Below, piece after piece: positions 10,062 to 21,904 of a stretch of 64,000 bases of DNA. How positions within the stretch are numbered: position 1 is the stretch's first letter; each line of letters opens with the position of its first letter. The DNA lies in contig CP092864.1 in the NCBI GenBank assembly GCA_030710605.1, forward strand, positions 139,359,418 to 139,423,417, read 5' to 3'. The translations under genes and the position numbers were made by a program. The DNA comes from Cordylochernes scorpioides (lineage: Eukaryota). The notes under the pieces are model-generated. The model did no database searches, was not told where the DNA came from, and worked only from the letters and a program-made list of their open reading frames with translations.

Positions 10062-10470
10062 CTAGCCGAATGACCCGGGCAACGCCCGTGTTTTACCCGA
10101 TTGAGTGTTTTTATTCAAATACTATTTGTTACAATTATAAATTGGCGCCTTTTATAAATGCATATGTTAGTTAATAACTATAGCCTATGTGCTTTATCTG
10201 TCTATGTACTGTTGGCTTCCGTAGGCATCTCTTAGTGGGGAAAAAGAAAGAGAGGATTCCATTTAGTTATTAACTAATATATGCATTTATTTAAGGGGCG
10301 ACCCGCTCCAACACAATAGTTACAAAACGAAATAGCGAGTGGGGGGGGGCAAAGGTGGCGTGATCGTAGCCAACCAATAGGAAAGCGCCATTCCAAAAAA
10401 AAAGCAAATGGTGACAGAGATGAAAAATTATTAAAAACGCATGACGCTCGTAACTGTATATAGAATAATC
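10062..10470 (-). mobile_element. Helitron-like element, family X
   Basis: Same termini and body as 8445-8850. CTAG at 10062-10065 is preceded by T on the complementary strand. Confidence 0.6.
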
Positions 10471-10919
10471 CAAATTGCGCCTTATCAACTAATAGAGAGT
10501 ATTATTTTTCATGGAGTGGGGGAATAATTCTGACCCATGATTTAGCATCTTGTGTTGCCAACACATAAAACATTGCTAGTTGATGGCCTTTCTTGTACTG
10601 CCTAGTGTATGGTACTAACTATGAGAGGGAGGGATTGGTTTCTGAAAAGCAAGCCTAGAGTGTTTTGACATTTCCCAGGTGTTCACTATATCCAGTTTCA
10701 CTGAGCTACCCACTCACAAAATAAACACAGCTCTAATTGCTGCTGCATAAACTGACCAGAAAGTTTCCTCAAGTGAAACTATAAATAAGGATAGATCTAT
10801 GAGAAATTAACACTATTTTTGTAGTGTATGATTCTTTTCAAAATAAAATAATTTTCTACTGGCCTTATTGCAATGATAAAATTAGTAAGGGCGACAGAAA
10901 ATTATATATATATTTTTAA

Positions 10920-13339
10920 CCCTTAAGCGGTCGCAATGGGTAAAAATTACCCAGAAGGAACTTTTCGAAAATATTTCTATATTAAAAAATATATATATTT
11001 AAAATATATTCTCAGTACCTTTCTAAATCTATCTAAAGATTATTATAATAAACCTATAATTTTAATTTTATGACATATATTCATTTTATTAGCATGTTTG
11101 GGTCAATTTTACCCAGTGCGACCTTTTGAGTTCTCATCATTGGGTAATTTTTACCCAGCGCGACCTTTTAACGCTTTTGGTTTTGGTTTGCGTAATTAAG
11201 TTTCGAGTTACTTTCTGGCTTCTTGTTGTTTGGTTTTGCTGCCCCAAGTGCAATAATACAATCTATTCTTCCAACAATAAGGTAGGATTTATATTTTATT
11301 TCCTCTTTTTACATTATTTTACATAAAATGCTTTCAAATGCTGATTTTCTCCGTGATTATAATAATATTCCAAATCCCGATGATGAGGAATCAGAAACTG
11401 ATGATCATATAGAAGAGAGGAATTGGAGTACAGACACTGAACAGTATACATTATCAGAAGAAGAAAACAATGAGGATCCAAGCTTCAATTACTATATAGG
11501 AAAGGACCAAAAGACTAAATGGAAGAAAGCTCTTCCCCCAAAAAATGTTCGAACTCGCAGTGAAAATATTATCACCCATCTACCAGGGGTAAAGGGTGAA
11601 GCAAAAAATGCTAAATCGATATTAGATTGTTGGAATCTCTTTATAAATGACAATATACTTGAATGCATAGTTACAAATACTAATATTTACATTAGGAATA
11701 TTCAGCAGAACTATAGCAGAGAAAGAGATGCTAATTTGACAAACCTACAGGAAATTAAAGCTTTATTGGGAATTATTTACTTTCTTGGGGTCATGAAAGC
11801 GAATAAATTGAATGGGCAAGAGATAGTACTGGATTTGAATTGTGTAGAATAGCTATGTCTGAAAACAGATTCCGATTTCTTCTCAGAGTAATTCGTTTTG
11901 ATGACAAAGCTAAAAGAAATGAAAGACTTCGTCAAGATGAATTAGCAGCTGTGAGATTGATTCTTGATACTTTTGTAAAAAATTGCCAAAAGCATTATTC
12001 TCCTTCGGAATATATAACGGTGGATGAAAAGCTTGACGCTTTCAGAGGGAAATGCAATTTCAGGCAGTATATTCCGAGTAAACACAATAAATATGGAATA
12101 AAATTATTTGCTCTCGTGGATTCAAAAATGTTTTATACTTGTAACTTGGAGATTTATTCAGGAAAAAACCCTGAAGGTCCTTACAATGTCAGCAACAGTC
12201 CAAGTGACGTTGTGGAACGATTGTGTGAGCCAATCAAGGGAACTGGCCGCAATGTAACAATGGATAACTGGTTCACCAGTTATTCTTTAGCTCTAAAACC
12301 TTTACAACAATTTTGACTAACAATTGTTGGTACCTTAAAAAGAAATAAAAAGGAAATCCCCTCAGAGTTTGTCATCAGCAGAGGTAGAAATGTACACACT
12401 AGTGTTTTTGGCTTTCAAAGTGAAATGACACTTCTTTCATACAAGCCTAAAGAGAATAAAGTTGTACTTATGCTTTCAACTCTGCACCACGATGCAAATA
12501 TAGATGATTCAACGGGAGAATTGAAAAAGCCAGAGATGATAATGTTTTATAATATGACAAAGGGTGGTGTAGATATGATGGACGAAATGACAGCTACATA
12601 TAACTGTGCTAGAAATTCAAGAAGATGACCCATGGTTATTTTTTATTCACTTTTAAATATTGGGGCAATAAATTCCCAGATAATTCATTTTGCAAATGGC
12701 AACGCATCAAAGGTTAAATCAAGACGTCATTTTTTAAAAACCTTATCCTTAGATCTTATTGAAGTGATGGTCAAAGTTCGCACAGTAAACGGAAGAATAC
12801 CATGTGAAATAAAGGAAAAGGCATCCGATATTTCTAATTTGTTAGAGCCTGGTCCATCTAAAAAGCCAAAAATAGGAAAAAGACATCGATGCAAGAAATG
12901 CCAGAAAGAAAAAAAGGACAAAAACTATTCAACATTGCCAGTACTGTTTTGCTTTTTTGTGTAAGGAACACTCTGTAATAATTTGTCAAGAATGTCATAA
13001 AGGACGAAACAAGTCCTAATTTCTATGAAAGGAAGTGATAACTTTCATACAAATTTATATTTTATAACCTATCTTCAATATATATTTTTATTTTCATAAA
13101 ATAGTCGAATATATCATAAATATTTGATATTTTGATTTGTTATTAATAAAATAAATAAAATATGATTTTTATATCTCAAAATTTTATGTAAAGTTATTTA
13201 ATAGACAAATCATTATTCTAACATAGAAAACAATAAAAATATTGAAAAGAATATTTGATTTATTTAGGTTTTTAAAAGTGGGTAAATTTTACCCACCGCG
13301 ACCTTTCAAGGTATAAAAGAGGGCGCGACCGCTGCCGGG
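10920..13339 (+). mobile_element. piggyBac-superfamily DNA transposon (family 1), near full length but decayed
   Basis: Flanked by TTAA (10916-10919 and 13340-13343). Termini are cccttaagcggtcgc… and …gcgaccgctgccggg (TIR ccc..agcggtcgc). Subterminal repeats 'gggtaaa(a)ttttacccag.gcgacctttt' occur at 10940, 11100-11170 and 13275. Confidence 0.8.
11328..13018 (+). pseudogene. piggyBac transposase (DDD domain plus C-terminal Cys-rich domain), broken into 4 ORFs
   Basis: Peptides 'FRFLLRVIRFDD', 'VDEKLDAFRGKCNFRQYIPSKHNKYGIKLFALVD', 'NVTMDNWFTS', 'MFYNMTKGGVDMMD', and the C-terminal 'RCKKCQKEKKDK…CQYCFAFLCKEHSVIICQECHKG' CRD. The ORFs sit in different frames. Confidence 0.85.
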
Positions 13340-13365
13340 TTAAAGAATCATACGTGTCGATAAGG

Positions 13366-13700
13366 CACAATTTGGATTATAGATTATAAACACAAGGTAA
13401 TAAGACCTAATACAAATAAATAAATAGTGTGTGACGTTTCGGTAACAGCGTTGTTACCATCTTCAGACAAAAGTACTGAATCATATATATCAGAAATGGA
13501 AATTTGCACATCACATACTTTGAGGACTATTAGAAGATCATCTTTTGACCATTTTCTATGACTGTCCTAACTCTACACAGAAGTGAGATTGTTTGATTCA
13601 GTACTTTTGTACTAAGATGGTAACAACGCTGTTACCGAAACGTCACACACTATTTATTTATTTGGATTTAGGTCTTATTACCTTGTGTTTATAATCATAC
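13366..13700. mobile_element. MITE-1 full copy with a ~120-bp internal insert shared with 18445-18545
   Basis: Both arms are intact. The internal 'atcagaaatggaaatttgcacatcacatactttgaggactattag…' also occurs at 18448. Confidence 0.7.
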
Positions 13701-13758
13701 GTGTCAAAAATAGTTTAGATATCTCATAACAGATGACATGCTAGTGCATCATATGTAG

Positions 13759-13934
13759 TACAGTAGAACTATCTCCCTATAAAGGACAGCACCTAGTTGC
13801 AGAGCCAAAGTGTCCTTTAGGGAGAGGTGTCCTCTTACTGAAGAGCTACTAAATAGTAAAAATGGTAATTTTTCAAATGAAGTGTAGAGAAGTGTCCTCT
13901 AGCGCGAGTGTCCTCTCATGGAGGTTCTACTGTA
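13759..13934. mobile_element. MITE-2 full copy
   Basis: TIRs 'tacagtagaactatctccctataaaggacagcacctagttgcagagccaaagtgtcctttagggagaggtgtcctc' and its reverse complement. Confidence 0.7.
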
Positions 13935-14079
13935 TCTATCAACAAAGATTCAGATTAAGCTGGAGTTTAAAATTAATAGCTTGATTATTTTAGACCTTTT
14001 ATTACCCACCCTATGTATTAGTTCCGCTCTGTGTATCTGAGCTTATACTATTGGTTATTACGAAAATGATAACGCACAA

Positions 14080-14285
14080 TTTGGATTATAGATTATAATA
14101 AAAGAAAATAAGACCTAATCCAAATAATTTATTAGTGTGTGACGTTTCAGCAACAACATTGTCACCATCATCAGACAAAAGAATAAATGTTGAATAAAAT
14201 TTGTCTGATGATGGTGACAATGTTGTTGCCGAAACGTCACACACTAATAAATTATTTGGATTAGGTCTTATTTTCTATTATTATT
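14080..14285. mobile_element. MITE-1 (divergent subfamily 'taataagacctaatccaaataatttattagtgtgtgacgtttc.gcaacaa.attgtcaccatcatcagacaaaagaat')
   Basis: Perfect foldback with both arms. Confidence 0.7.
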
Positions 14286-14402
14286 GGTTATTACATCCAT
14301 CTTTGAGATTGGGACGGTCCAAGGACATTAAAATGTAGCCCTGATTACAAAAATAAGTATTTTTGTCAAATGAAAAGTTAACAAATTGTGTTTTTATTCA
14401 AG

Positions 14403-14960
14403 ACTAGACGAATGACCCGGGCAACGCCCGGGATTATTCGATTAAATGTTTTATTCAAACACTATGCGTTATAATTATAAATTTGGCGCCGTGGATGTCA
14501 CTCTTGTGAAACGTCCCGTCCAAACTTTACATGTACATTAGGTCAGCTGATATTACCTCCCATCTTCACCGCTAGAGGCGCTTCTCGCGAGCAAAAGGGC
14601 AAACTCGACGAATATTCGGGAAAGAGACCTGAAAATTTCACTAGAAGTTTTTCCAGATTCTACTCTATATACTGTTAAAATTTCAGTCAGATTAGTTACG
14701 ATATAAATCTTCAAATCGAGCGAGCGTCTATAAATATTTCGATTTAGATCAACTATTCTAAATATTAAGCGAACTATTATTAAGAAACCTTTTTAGAAGA
14801 TTTCAATTTTAAATGTATTTATAACCTTGATAGAGGGCGCTGTTCGTGAGCTAAGTAGAATAATTTGAATATACAGTTTTAATATTTAATTTATATATAA
14901 TTTAAAATAACCTATCGTTTTCCTCGTATTTTTTTTTTTTACCTATGTATGGAAATTTAG
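14403..14960 (-). mobile_element. Helitron-like element, family B-type, divergent or truncated
   Basis: CTAGacgaatgacccgggcaacgcccgggattattcgattaaatg terminus. The body shares '…ttggcgccgtggatgtca…' and 'tagagggcgctgttcgtgagctaagtagaataatttgaatat…' with the other copies. Confidence 0.45.
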
Positions 14961-15169
14961 GTACTGTAAAAAAAAACTTTGCTTCAATAATATATATATA
15001 AAAAAAAACCACCCAGGTTAAGTTTCGAACCAAGGTTGCAGAAATACGAAGCCATACACCTAACCATTAAGCTACGCTTGGCATAATAAATATTCGCATG
15101 TAAAGCTATTTCAGGCCTTACATATTACTAACGACCTTTTTGAAACATGGAAATTATAATACTTCAAAT

Positions 15170-15420
15170 AAATAGAAATAGAGTGAACACAAATAAAGCG
15201 TACCAAATATTTCGAATTAGAGCAGGCATTTTAAACGGCGAATTAGATAAGTTATATCTAAAGATGAAAATATATAAATAAATAAAACATACCAAATATT
15301 GCAAGAGAAGTTATTTTAAACGGCGAATTAGATCAGTTATAGCTAAAAATGAAAATATATACGTAAATAAAACCTACCAAATATTTCAAATTAGAGCAGC
15401 TATTACAGTAAAACCCCTCT
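15170..15420. repeat. Tandem ~80-bp units (taccaaatatttcgaattagagcag…ttttaaacggcgaattagat.agttat..ctaaa.atgaaaatatat) belonging to the family-B body
   Basis: About 3 units. The same unit recurs at 18040-18125. Confidence 0.6.
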
Positions 15421-15668
15421 ATAGTGAACCCCAATGGGACAGAGCTTTTGGTTCACTATAGCCACGGTTCACTATAGCCACGGTTTGGCTATTTTTTTTT
15501 ACTTTTCAAAATTTTTAGACCGTATAATTAAAGGACAGCTATACACACAAGAAGAGGCTTCTTCTTAATAGTGGTCACTTTGTTTTAATTCCCTTAATTG
15601 ACCAATTTCCTTACAATAATACTGAATGATAATAGAAATCATTAGATGATGGTTCTTCTTATCATTAA

Positions 15669-16964
15669 CCCGTAATTACTGGCGTTCGGCTTGAAAGGCC
15701 GTGTGAAAATTTAAAATGTTTGCGAAATTTTCAAAATGCAATATTTTTCATCAAAATTTTAGGTAGCTTAATAAAATGCATTTATTTGAAGAACTTTTCA
15801 TTTTAAGAGAAATCTCTTTTGTATACCCCGAGTTATTAAATCAAACGGCCTTTAAAGCCGAGCGCCAGTAATTACGTCACTGGGAATTTTAGCGCTCCTA
15901 TTATTGGCCGTTTCACTTTTGGTTTTATAGACGTTCAAACGCAACAAATAAGTTGAGCATTCGTTTTTTTATTACTCTTGCTTCAATTATATGCATTCTA
16001 AATTGTGTTTTGTGATTGTAATTTTGTATAATATAATAGAAGTTCGGTTCCACTTTTGGTTTTTCAAAAAACAAAAATTTGGTATCCTATGTCTCTAAAA
16101 TTGGAAAATCTGTTATATTACTCTCCACAATGCATTTGACCACAACAATTGATCAAGAAACTGCTGAACAATAAAAGCCCGAGATAATCACATTTTATAA
16201 TATGACCAAAGGTGGTGTAGATGTAGTTGATCAGACATGTATTCAGTTGGAAGAAGAACCAAAAGATGGCCTCTGTGTTTATTTTTCAACTTTTTGGATG
16301 TGGTTGCAATAAATTTAGCAGTAATTTATAAGGCTGTCAACCAAGACGGTGGAATGGCTCGAAAAGATTTTATAAAGCAGCTTGCTCTACAACTAATGAA
16401 AGATGCCTTGAATATGAGAAATCAAGCCAAATATTTGTCAAGAGATCTGCAAGTATTAATTCAGAAGCATGCTGGAACTTCATCACTTGAGGTAGGCAAA
16501 TATTTATTTGATATTCAAAGGAAATATCAATAATATGTGTTATCTAGGAATCCACAAGCGGCAGTCCTTGGTCCAAAAAAACGCAAAAGATGCTACCCAT
16601 GTAAAAAAGATCGTCGAACTCAAATGCAATTCAAAAAATGCAAAGAACCAATCTGCAAAGATCATTCTATTGAAATATGCTTGAATTGTGCATCTAATCT
16701 TGAATAAAATATTTTAGATAGAATTTTTTAGAATATATATAGAATATTTTAGATAGAAAGAGTTTCTTGTACATTTTCATTTAATTTTGTTTAGAGCTCT
16801 GTTTATTTGAAAAAAACAAAATATTTATTCTTTGTAAATTATGTGTATACGTTTAATTTCTTTTTATTTTATAAATAACATGGTTTATTATTGATTTTAA
16901 AAGACGGCCTGAGAGGCCGAACGCCAGTAATTGTGTAAGGAAAATAGGCGCCAGTAACTAAGGG
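15669..16964 (+). mobile_element. piggyBac-superfamily element (family 2), internally deleted non-autonomous copy
   Basis: TTAA at 15665-15668 and 16965-16968. The TIRs are cccgtaattactggcg… and …cgccagtaactaaggg. A subterminal inverted copy 'gccgagcgccagtaattacg' is at about 15860. Confidence 0.7.
16190..16682 (+). pseudogene. piggyBac transposase C-terminal fragment (…FYNMTKGGVDVVDQ… plus Cys-rich domain CYPCKKDRRTQMQFKKCKEPICKDHSIEICLNCASNLE)
   Basis: It carries a C-terminal cysteine-rich domain and a …NMTKGGVD… motif of the same kind as family 1's transposase, but at clearly different nucleotide sequence. It has a stop codon and is missing the N-terminal two-thirds. Confidence 0.75.
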
Positions 16965-17799
16965 TTAACATACATGTACCTCTATGTCTAATTTAAAAAT
17001 TAAGACAAATCCTAGGCAAAGTTTTATTAAATATATATTCAAATATATAAAATGATTTTAAAGCATCGTTATCACATTATATAAAACATTGTTTACTTGG
17101 AAAAATGGCTCTAACACCTTGTTGCTTCAAAACATTCTTCAAGCATTGCACCATTCAAATAAAGTTAGTGTTTTTCTTCCATTTCATTTTCCCACATATA
17201 CTTCTAGGTCTAGATTTCGTTTTTTTTTTTTTAAACCTGTCATGCAAAACATTGCTGACTTTAAAATCACCATAGTTAATGGCATAAAAATAGTTTTTGT
17301 TTCATCACGGGACTATTTATTTGTATTTTTTTTTTTTTTAGCCCTAAAACGTACGATCGCGTTCGCGGCAAAAGTTGAGGTCGATTTCTCTTTGTAACAA
17401 TTTTTAATAGCTTTATATTTTGTCTTTTATAATAGAAATTCTTAACATTTTGCCTGTGTTGTTTCACTTTGAAAAGTTCTGAAAATGGCCTTTTTTTTTT
17501 TAAAGAAATAACGCTTTTGTTTTTAAAATGCCTTTGTTTTCTTCATTTTGGAAGCCATTTGTATTTTTATATTTCAAATTTAATGGATGCAAATATATTT
17601 TATTTAATAAAAAGTATAATGTGTTAAAATTTATACAACATACAGCAAAAATAAAGTGCAAAATTCAAAGCAAACAATGCCGCTAAATGTATTGTTTTGA
17701 AATCGCGATCCGCGAGCTGAAACATGCGTAAAATTTGGTTGTTTTAATTTTTTTTTAATTACAAAATTCAAGTTCGTTATAAGCATAGTATTTTAAATA

Positions 17800-17990
17800 G
17801 ATTTTATCATTTTGGGACCAAAAATAGGTTCGTTATAGGGGTAGTTCGTTATTCTAAAAATCGCAAAGTTCGTTATAACGATGGTATTTTCAATGAAATG
17901 GAATTGGGAATCGACGTGGGTTCGTTATAAGGGAAGGTTCGTTATATCCAGGGTTCGTATTAGAGGGGTTTTACTGTATATAAATATTTA
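17800..17990. repeat. Repeat family with reiterated 'GTTCGTTATA' motif (6-7 times), ending '…gggttttactgtat'
   Basis: Copies at 33385-33530 and 61265-61345. A CpG-decayed relative 'gttcactatagcca' is at 15400-15490 and 26335-26600. Confidence 0.5.
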
Positions 17991-17994
17991 TATT

Positions 17995-18442
17995 ATATGT
18001 GTTATTAAGCGAACTATTATTAGTTATTTTAAAAGGCGAATTAGATCAGTTATATCTAAAAATGAAAATATATAAATAAATAAAACCTACCAAATATTTC
18101 AAATTAGAGCAGTTATTATATAAATATTTATATTATATGTGTTATTAAGTGAACTATTATTAATAAAATATTGAGAAGATTTAGATTTTAAACGTATTTA
18201 TAACCTTTTAGTACTTGATAGAGGGCGCTGTTCATGAGCTAAGTAGAATAATTTGAATATATAGTTTTAATAATTGATTTATATATTTTTTAAAATAGCC
18301 TATCGTCATCCCCGTTATTTTTTACCTATGTATGGAAATTTTGGTTTGAATTAGTGAACTACTGCGAATTTGTATACCGGGCATACAGACCAACAGACAA
18401 ACATACAAACATTCATTTTTATATATATAGATAGATATATAT
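17995..18442 (-). mobile_element. Helitron-like family B partial copy (5'-terminal part)
   Basis: It ends '…caaacattcatttttatatatatag' at 18440 and shares the 18215-18440 block with 6716-6928 and 38235-38420. Confidence 0.45.
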
Positions 18443-18595
18443 ATCAGAAATGGAAATTTGCACATCACATACTTTGAGGACTATTAGGTGATCATCTTTT
18501 GACCATTTTCTATGACTGTCCTAACTTTACACAGAAGTGAGATAGTTCCCAGATCTAAATGATTTACTCTCTTATACCAACCACTTTGTTTATAT

Positions 18596-18951
18596 CTTCT
18601 TCTTCTTTCTTATCTCCACTCAATCATATCAGGTTATCAAGCTTGTAGAGCTTGAAACTTGACAACCACCATGACTGGGTGAAGTAGAATGCGTCTGCCT
18701 TTGTCATTAAGACTGGGAGCACTACTCAGTGGCAGGCCGACTTAGCTCCAAAAGAAATGGCCGCCTCTGACATGAGGAACAGACGCCATGTGCAGCCGCT
18801 CCTAACATGGAGTACAAACGCTGCTCATCCTGTATCCCTGGATTAGGAGCCCTTACAGGGTACTATCAGCCGGACCAGCTGAACCCAGGTTTTTTAGTGA
18901 GCTTGTTACTGCTCCCCCTCCTCCTTTTTCATCCGGGCTTGGGACCGGCAA
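18596..18951 (-). mobile_element. SINE-1 full copy
   Basis: Same consensus as 25-392. It ends 'ccgggcttgggaccggcaa' at 18951. Confidence 0.7.
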
Positions 18952-19744
18952 GTGTTTATATACATTTTATAAACTGTTGCTTCATAAAGAACAGTATCAA
19001 CAGGAGAATAGACATCCCAGAATAATTCTGTTATACTCCAAATCAAGATTAAATAGCAACCATTTAATAAATCTTTCCCCCCCTTCCCTTCCCGTGCTCA
19101 CTGTTACTTTGCCTGTTGAAAAGTGAGAGCTCAAAAGCTCACGCTGTTTTTGTAAAAAAGAAACATATTGTGTACACTCTCAGATTGGTGCACTATGATG
19201 TTGGTACGTTTAGATTAAAATGGTCTCAAGCAAAGGTGACAATATATATATTTAAAGAGGATCAACTTTGTATACAAAAAGCAAACTAAAACGAATAAAA
19301 ACAACTGGTTTCTTTTTCCCGTAGATTACATAAGGCCTAGCGACGAAGTACGTCCATCTCATCAAGCAAGCTGTGCGCTCTACTCTACAAGCCTCACTAC
19401 CCTACCACGACAACTGCCGGCACAGGCAACATCGCCTTTTATATAGGCAAAAGATAAAACAATAGAAAAATGCAAAATAGCTATTTACATAAAATATAAA
19501 ATACAAATTATCTATGTTCCTAACAAAACATATTGTGTAAAGTTTTTTAAAATATTTTATACATGTAAATCTGTAAATATTTAATGCTAAGTTTCAGTTT
19601 GTTTGTTATGTTTCCTCTGTAATAGCCACAAATACTTCAATACTGCGTCTTAGAGGATAATAAATTTTAAAAATAATAAATCTTTTGACCCTCCATGTAA
19701 TGGAGAGCTATAGGCCTCTTGGAGAATGAAGGAAGAACCAATAA

Positions 19745-19835
19745 AGAAACAAGGTAATAAGACCTAATCCAAATAAATTAATAGTGTGTGACGTTTCGGC
19801 AACAGTGTTGTTACCATCATTAGACAAAAGAATTG
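19745..19835. mobile_element. MITE-1 half copy (divergent subfamily)
   Basis: aaacaaggtaataagacctaatccaaataaattaatagtgtgtgacgtttcggcaacagtgttgttaccatcattagacaaaag. Confidence 0.5.
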
Positions 19836-19864
19836 AAATCTCATGATAAGGAGATGCCTTTTTA

Positions 19865-20625
19865 AAAATGTATCCACCTAAAACCGGTACAATTTCACAT
19901 TTGTACTATTTTTTCACATTAAAGAAGTGTTGTTCTCAAAGGGAGGTCTGAAATAGGTAATTTTTTTTTGTTGCTTATCCCAAGTACACGTGGTACAGGC
20001 CATGATAATCATGGTGGGTAGAAGTACCTAAACCCAGTACAATTTCACATTTGTACTATTTTTTTCACATTAAAGAAGTGTTGTTCTCAAAGGGAGGTCT
20101 GAAATAGGTAGTTTTTTTTTTGCTTATTCCTAGTACACGTGGTACAGGCCATGATAATCATGGTGGGTAGAAGTACCTAAACCCAGTACAATTTCACAAT
20201 TGTACTATTTTTTTCACATTAAAGAAGTGTTGTTCTCAAAGGGTGGTCTGAAATAGGTAGTTTTTTTTTGCTTATTCCTAGTACACGTGGTACAGGCCAT
20301 GATAATCATGGTGGGTAGAAGTACCTAAACCCAGTGCAATTTCACATTTGTACTATTTTTTTCACATTAAAGAAGTGTTGTTCTCAAAGGGAGGCCTGAA
20401 ATAGGTAGTTTTTTTTTGCTTATTCCTAGTACACGTGGTACAGGCCATGATAATCATGGTGGGTAGAAGTACCTAAACCCAGTACAATTTCACATTTGTA
20501 CTATTTTTTCACATTAAAGAAGTGTTGTTCTCAAAGGGTGGTCTGAAATAGGTAGTTTTTTTTTTGCTTATTCCTAGTACACGTGGTACAGGCCATGATA
20601 ATCATGGTGGGTAGAAGTAGGCGAA
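19865..20625. repeat. Satellite, ~127-bp unit × 6, derived from a SINE-2 3' end plus flanking sequence
   Basis: Each unit contains the reverse complement of 'ctacccaccatgattatcatggcctgtaccacgtgtactagg' and 'gggataagcaaaaaaaa'. Confidence 0.85.
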
Positions 20626-20775
20626 TGCTTTTACTGTAAGTACACCACATGTCTACACATGCGAAAAGCAGTTCAACTTTCACTTACAAATGCGCCAGAG
20701 CCCCATTTGATTACTTGCACTCGCTGGTGGGGTTGGACTTTTGCAAGAATCGGGCCATTGGAGCATTTTTTTTTA
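20560..20775 (-). mobile_element. SINE-2 copy (3' part) abutting the SINE-derived satellite
   Basis: Reverse complement of 'gctccaatggcccgattcttgcaaaagtccaaccccaccagcgagtgcaagtaa… gtagacatgtggtgtac…ctacccaccatgattatcatggcctgtaccacgt'. Confidence 0.6.
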
Positions 20776-21383
20776 GAATAGTTAGTATATGTAGAGAGGT
20801 AAATTACATAGTGGGATGGTGTTCCATGATGACCAGAGATGGCTGTACTAAAATGATTGGGAATGACTTGTTGAATGAAATGGACCACTGAGAGTTAGTT
20901 AACTGTCAATGTAACCAAACAGGTCAGCACTCTATTGGTGTGTTGCTTCATATTAATCCCATTTGTCTTAATTAGTGCATTGAGAGAGATTTGAGATTTA
21001 AAAATATTTTATTGACCTCATACACAAGTCAATGGTGGCAGTATATAATAATTATAAAAGAGGGATAAAATAAATTAGGGATAAAATAAAAGAGTAAAAT
21101 ATATACAGTTATGTACAGTCGAGGAGATTCCCCCAACGACAGAGAGTCCTCCTCCAGACAGTAAGGAGGTTTTCACGTTTCTCCCCTCATCTCAAGGCTC
21201 AGAAAGAACCTGTGTATGGATGACTTGGCAGCCGCAAGGATTGCGAGGGCGTCGTCATCCAGCCCTTGACCGAAAAGCCAGCCCTGCAGGTCGGGTGGTT
21301 GCTGTATGATGTTGAAGGCCTCCCGTATGAGGGGCCTGATGGAGCTGCAGGACCAGTAGAGGTGGAGTGCATTGAGAGAGATA

Positions 21384-21520
21384 TACAGTAGAACTTCCCT
21401 GTAAATGACATCTAATTGCAGAGCCTTATTGTCCTTTAGGGAGAGGTGTACTCTTACTGGAGAGTTGCTAAATAGTAATAATGGTAATTTTCCAAATTGT
21501 GTAGAGAGACCTGATGTAGG
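21384..21520. mobile_element. MITE-2 partial copy
   Basis: atacagtagaacttccctgtaaatgacatctaattgcagagccttattgtcctttagggagaggtgtactcttactggagagttgctaaatag…. Confidence 0.55.
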
Positions 21521-21904
21521 ATGTTGAGTAACTTATAAATAACTCTAGGACTTAGAGATAGTTGTTCCATCCTGTTAGATTTCACCTCCTGTGCTCAATT
21601 CTACTCTCATCCTCTCTCTCTCTCTCTTGAGTTGGGTAATGTCAGCCATCACATCGACCTGCCCACTCTGTGGGAAAGAACTCTCGCAGTCCATCGGTGG
21701 TAGAGTCTTTCTCGCGGTGGGCGCCACCAATGAAGACCTTGAATATATATATGTATATTTATCAATTATTGTATCTATTCATATCTATTTATTCATATAT
21801 CTATCATTATTAATCTTATTTATTCATTTTATGTATTTAAACTTATATAATCTTATATGGACACTTTGAAATAAAAAACAGTTCAATCAATCTCTCTCTC
21901 TTAG

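Noticed and set aside
18807-19025. Recurrent ORFs encoding '…CSSCIPGLGALTGYYQPGQLNPGFLVSLLLLPLLLFHPGLGPA' (also at 23645, 24081, 26917, 29640, 37928 and 60399)
   Set aside because: All lie inside SINE-1 copies. This is the same repeat read in one frame and there is no evidence of a protein.
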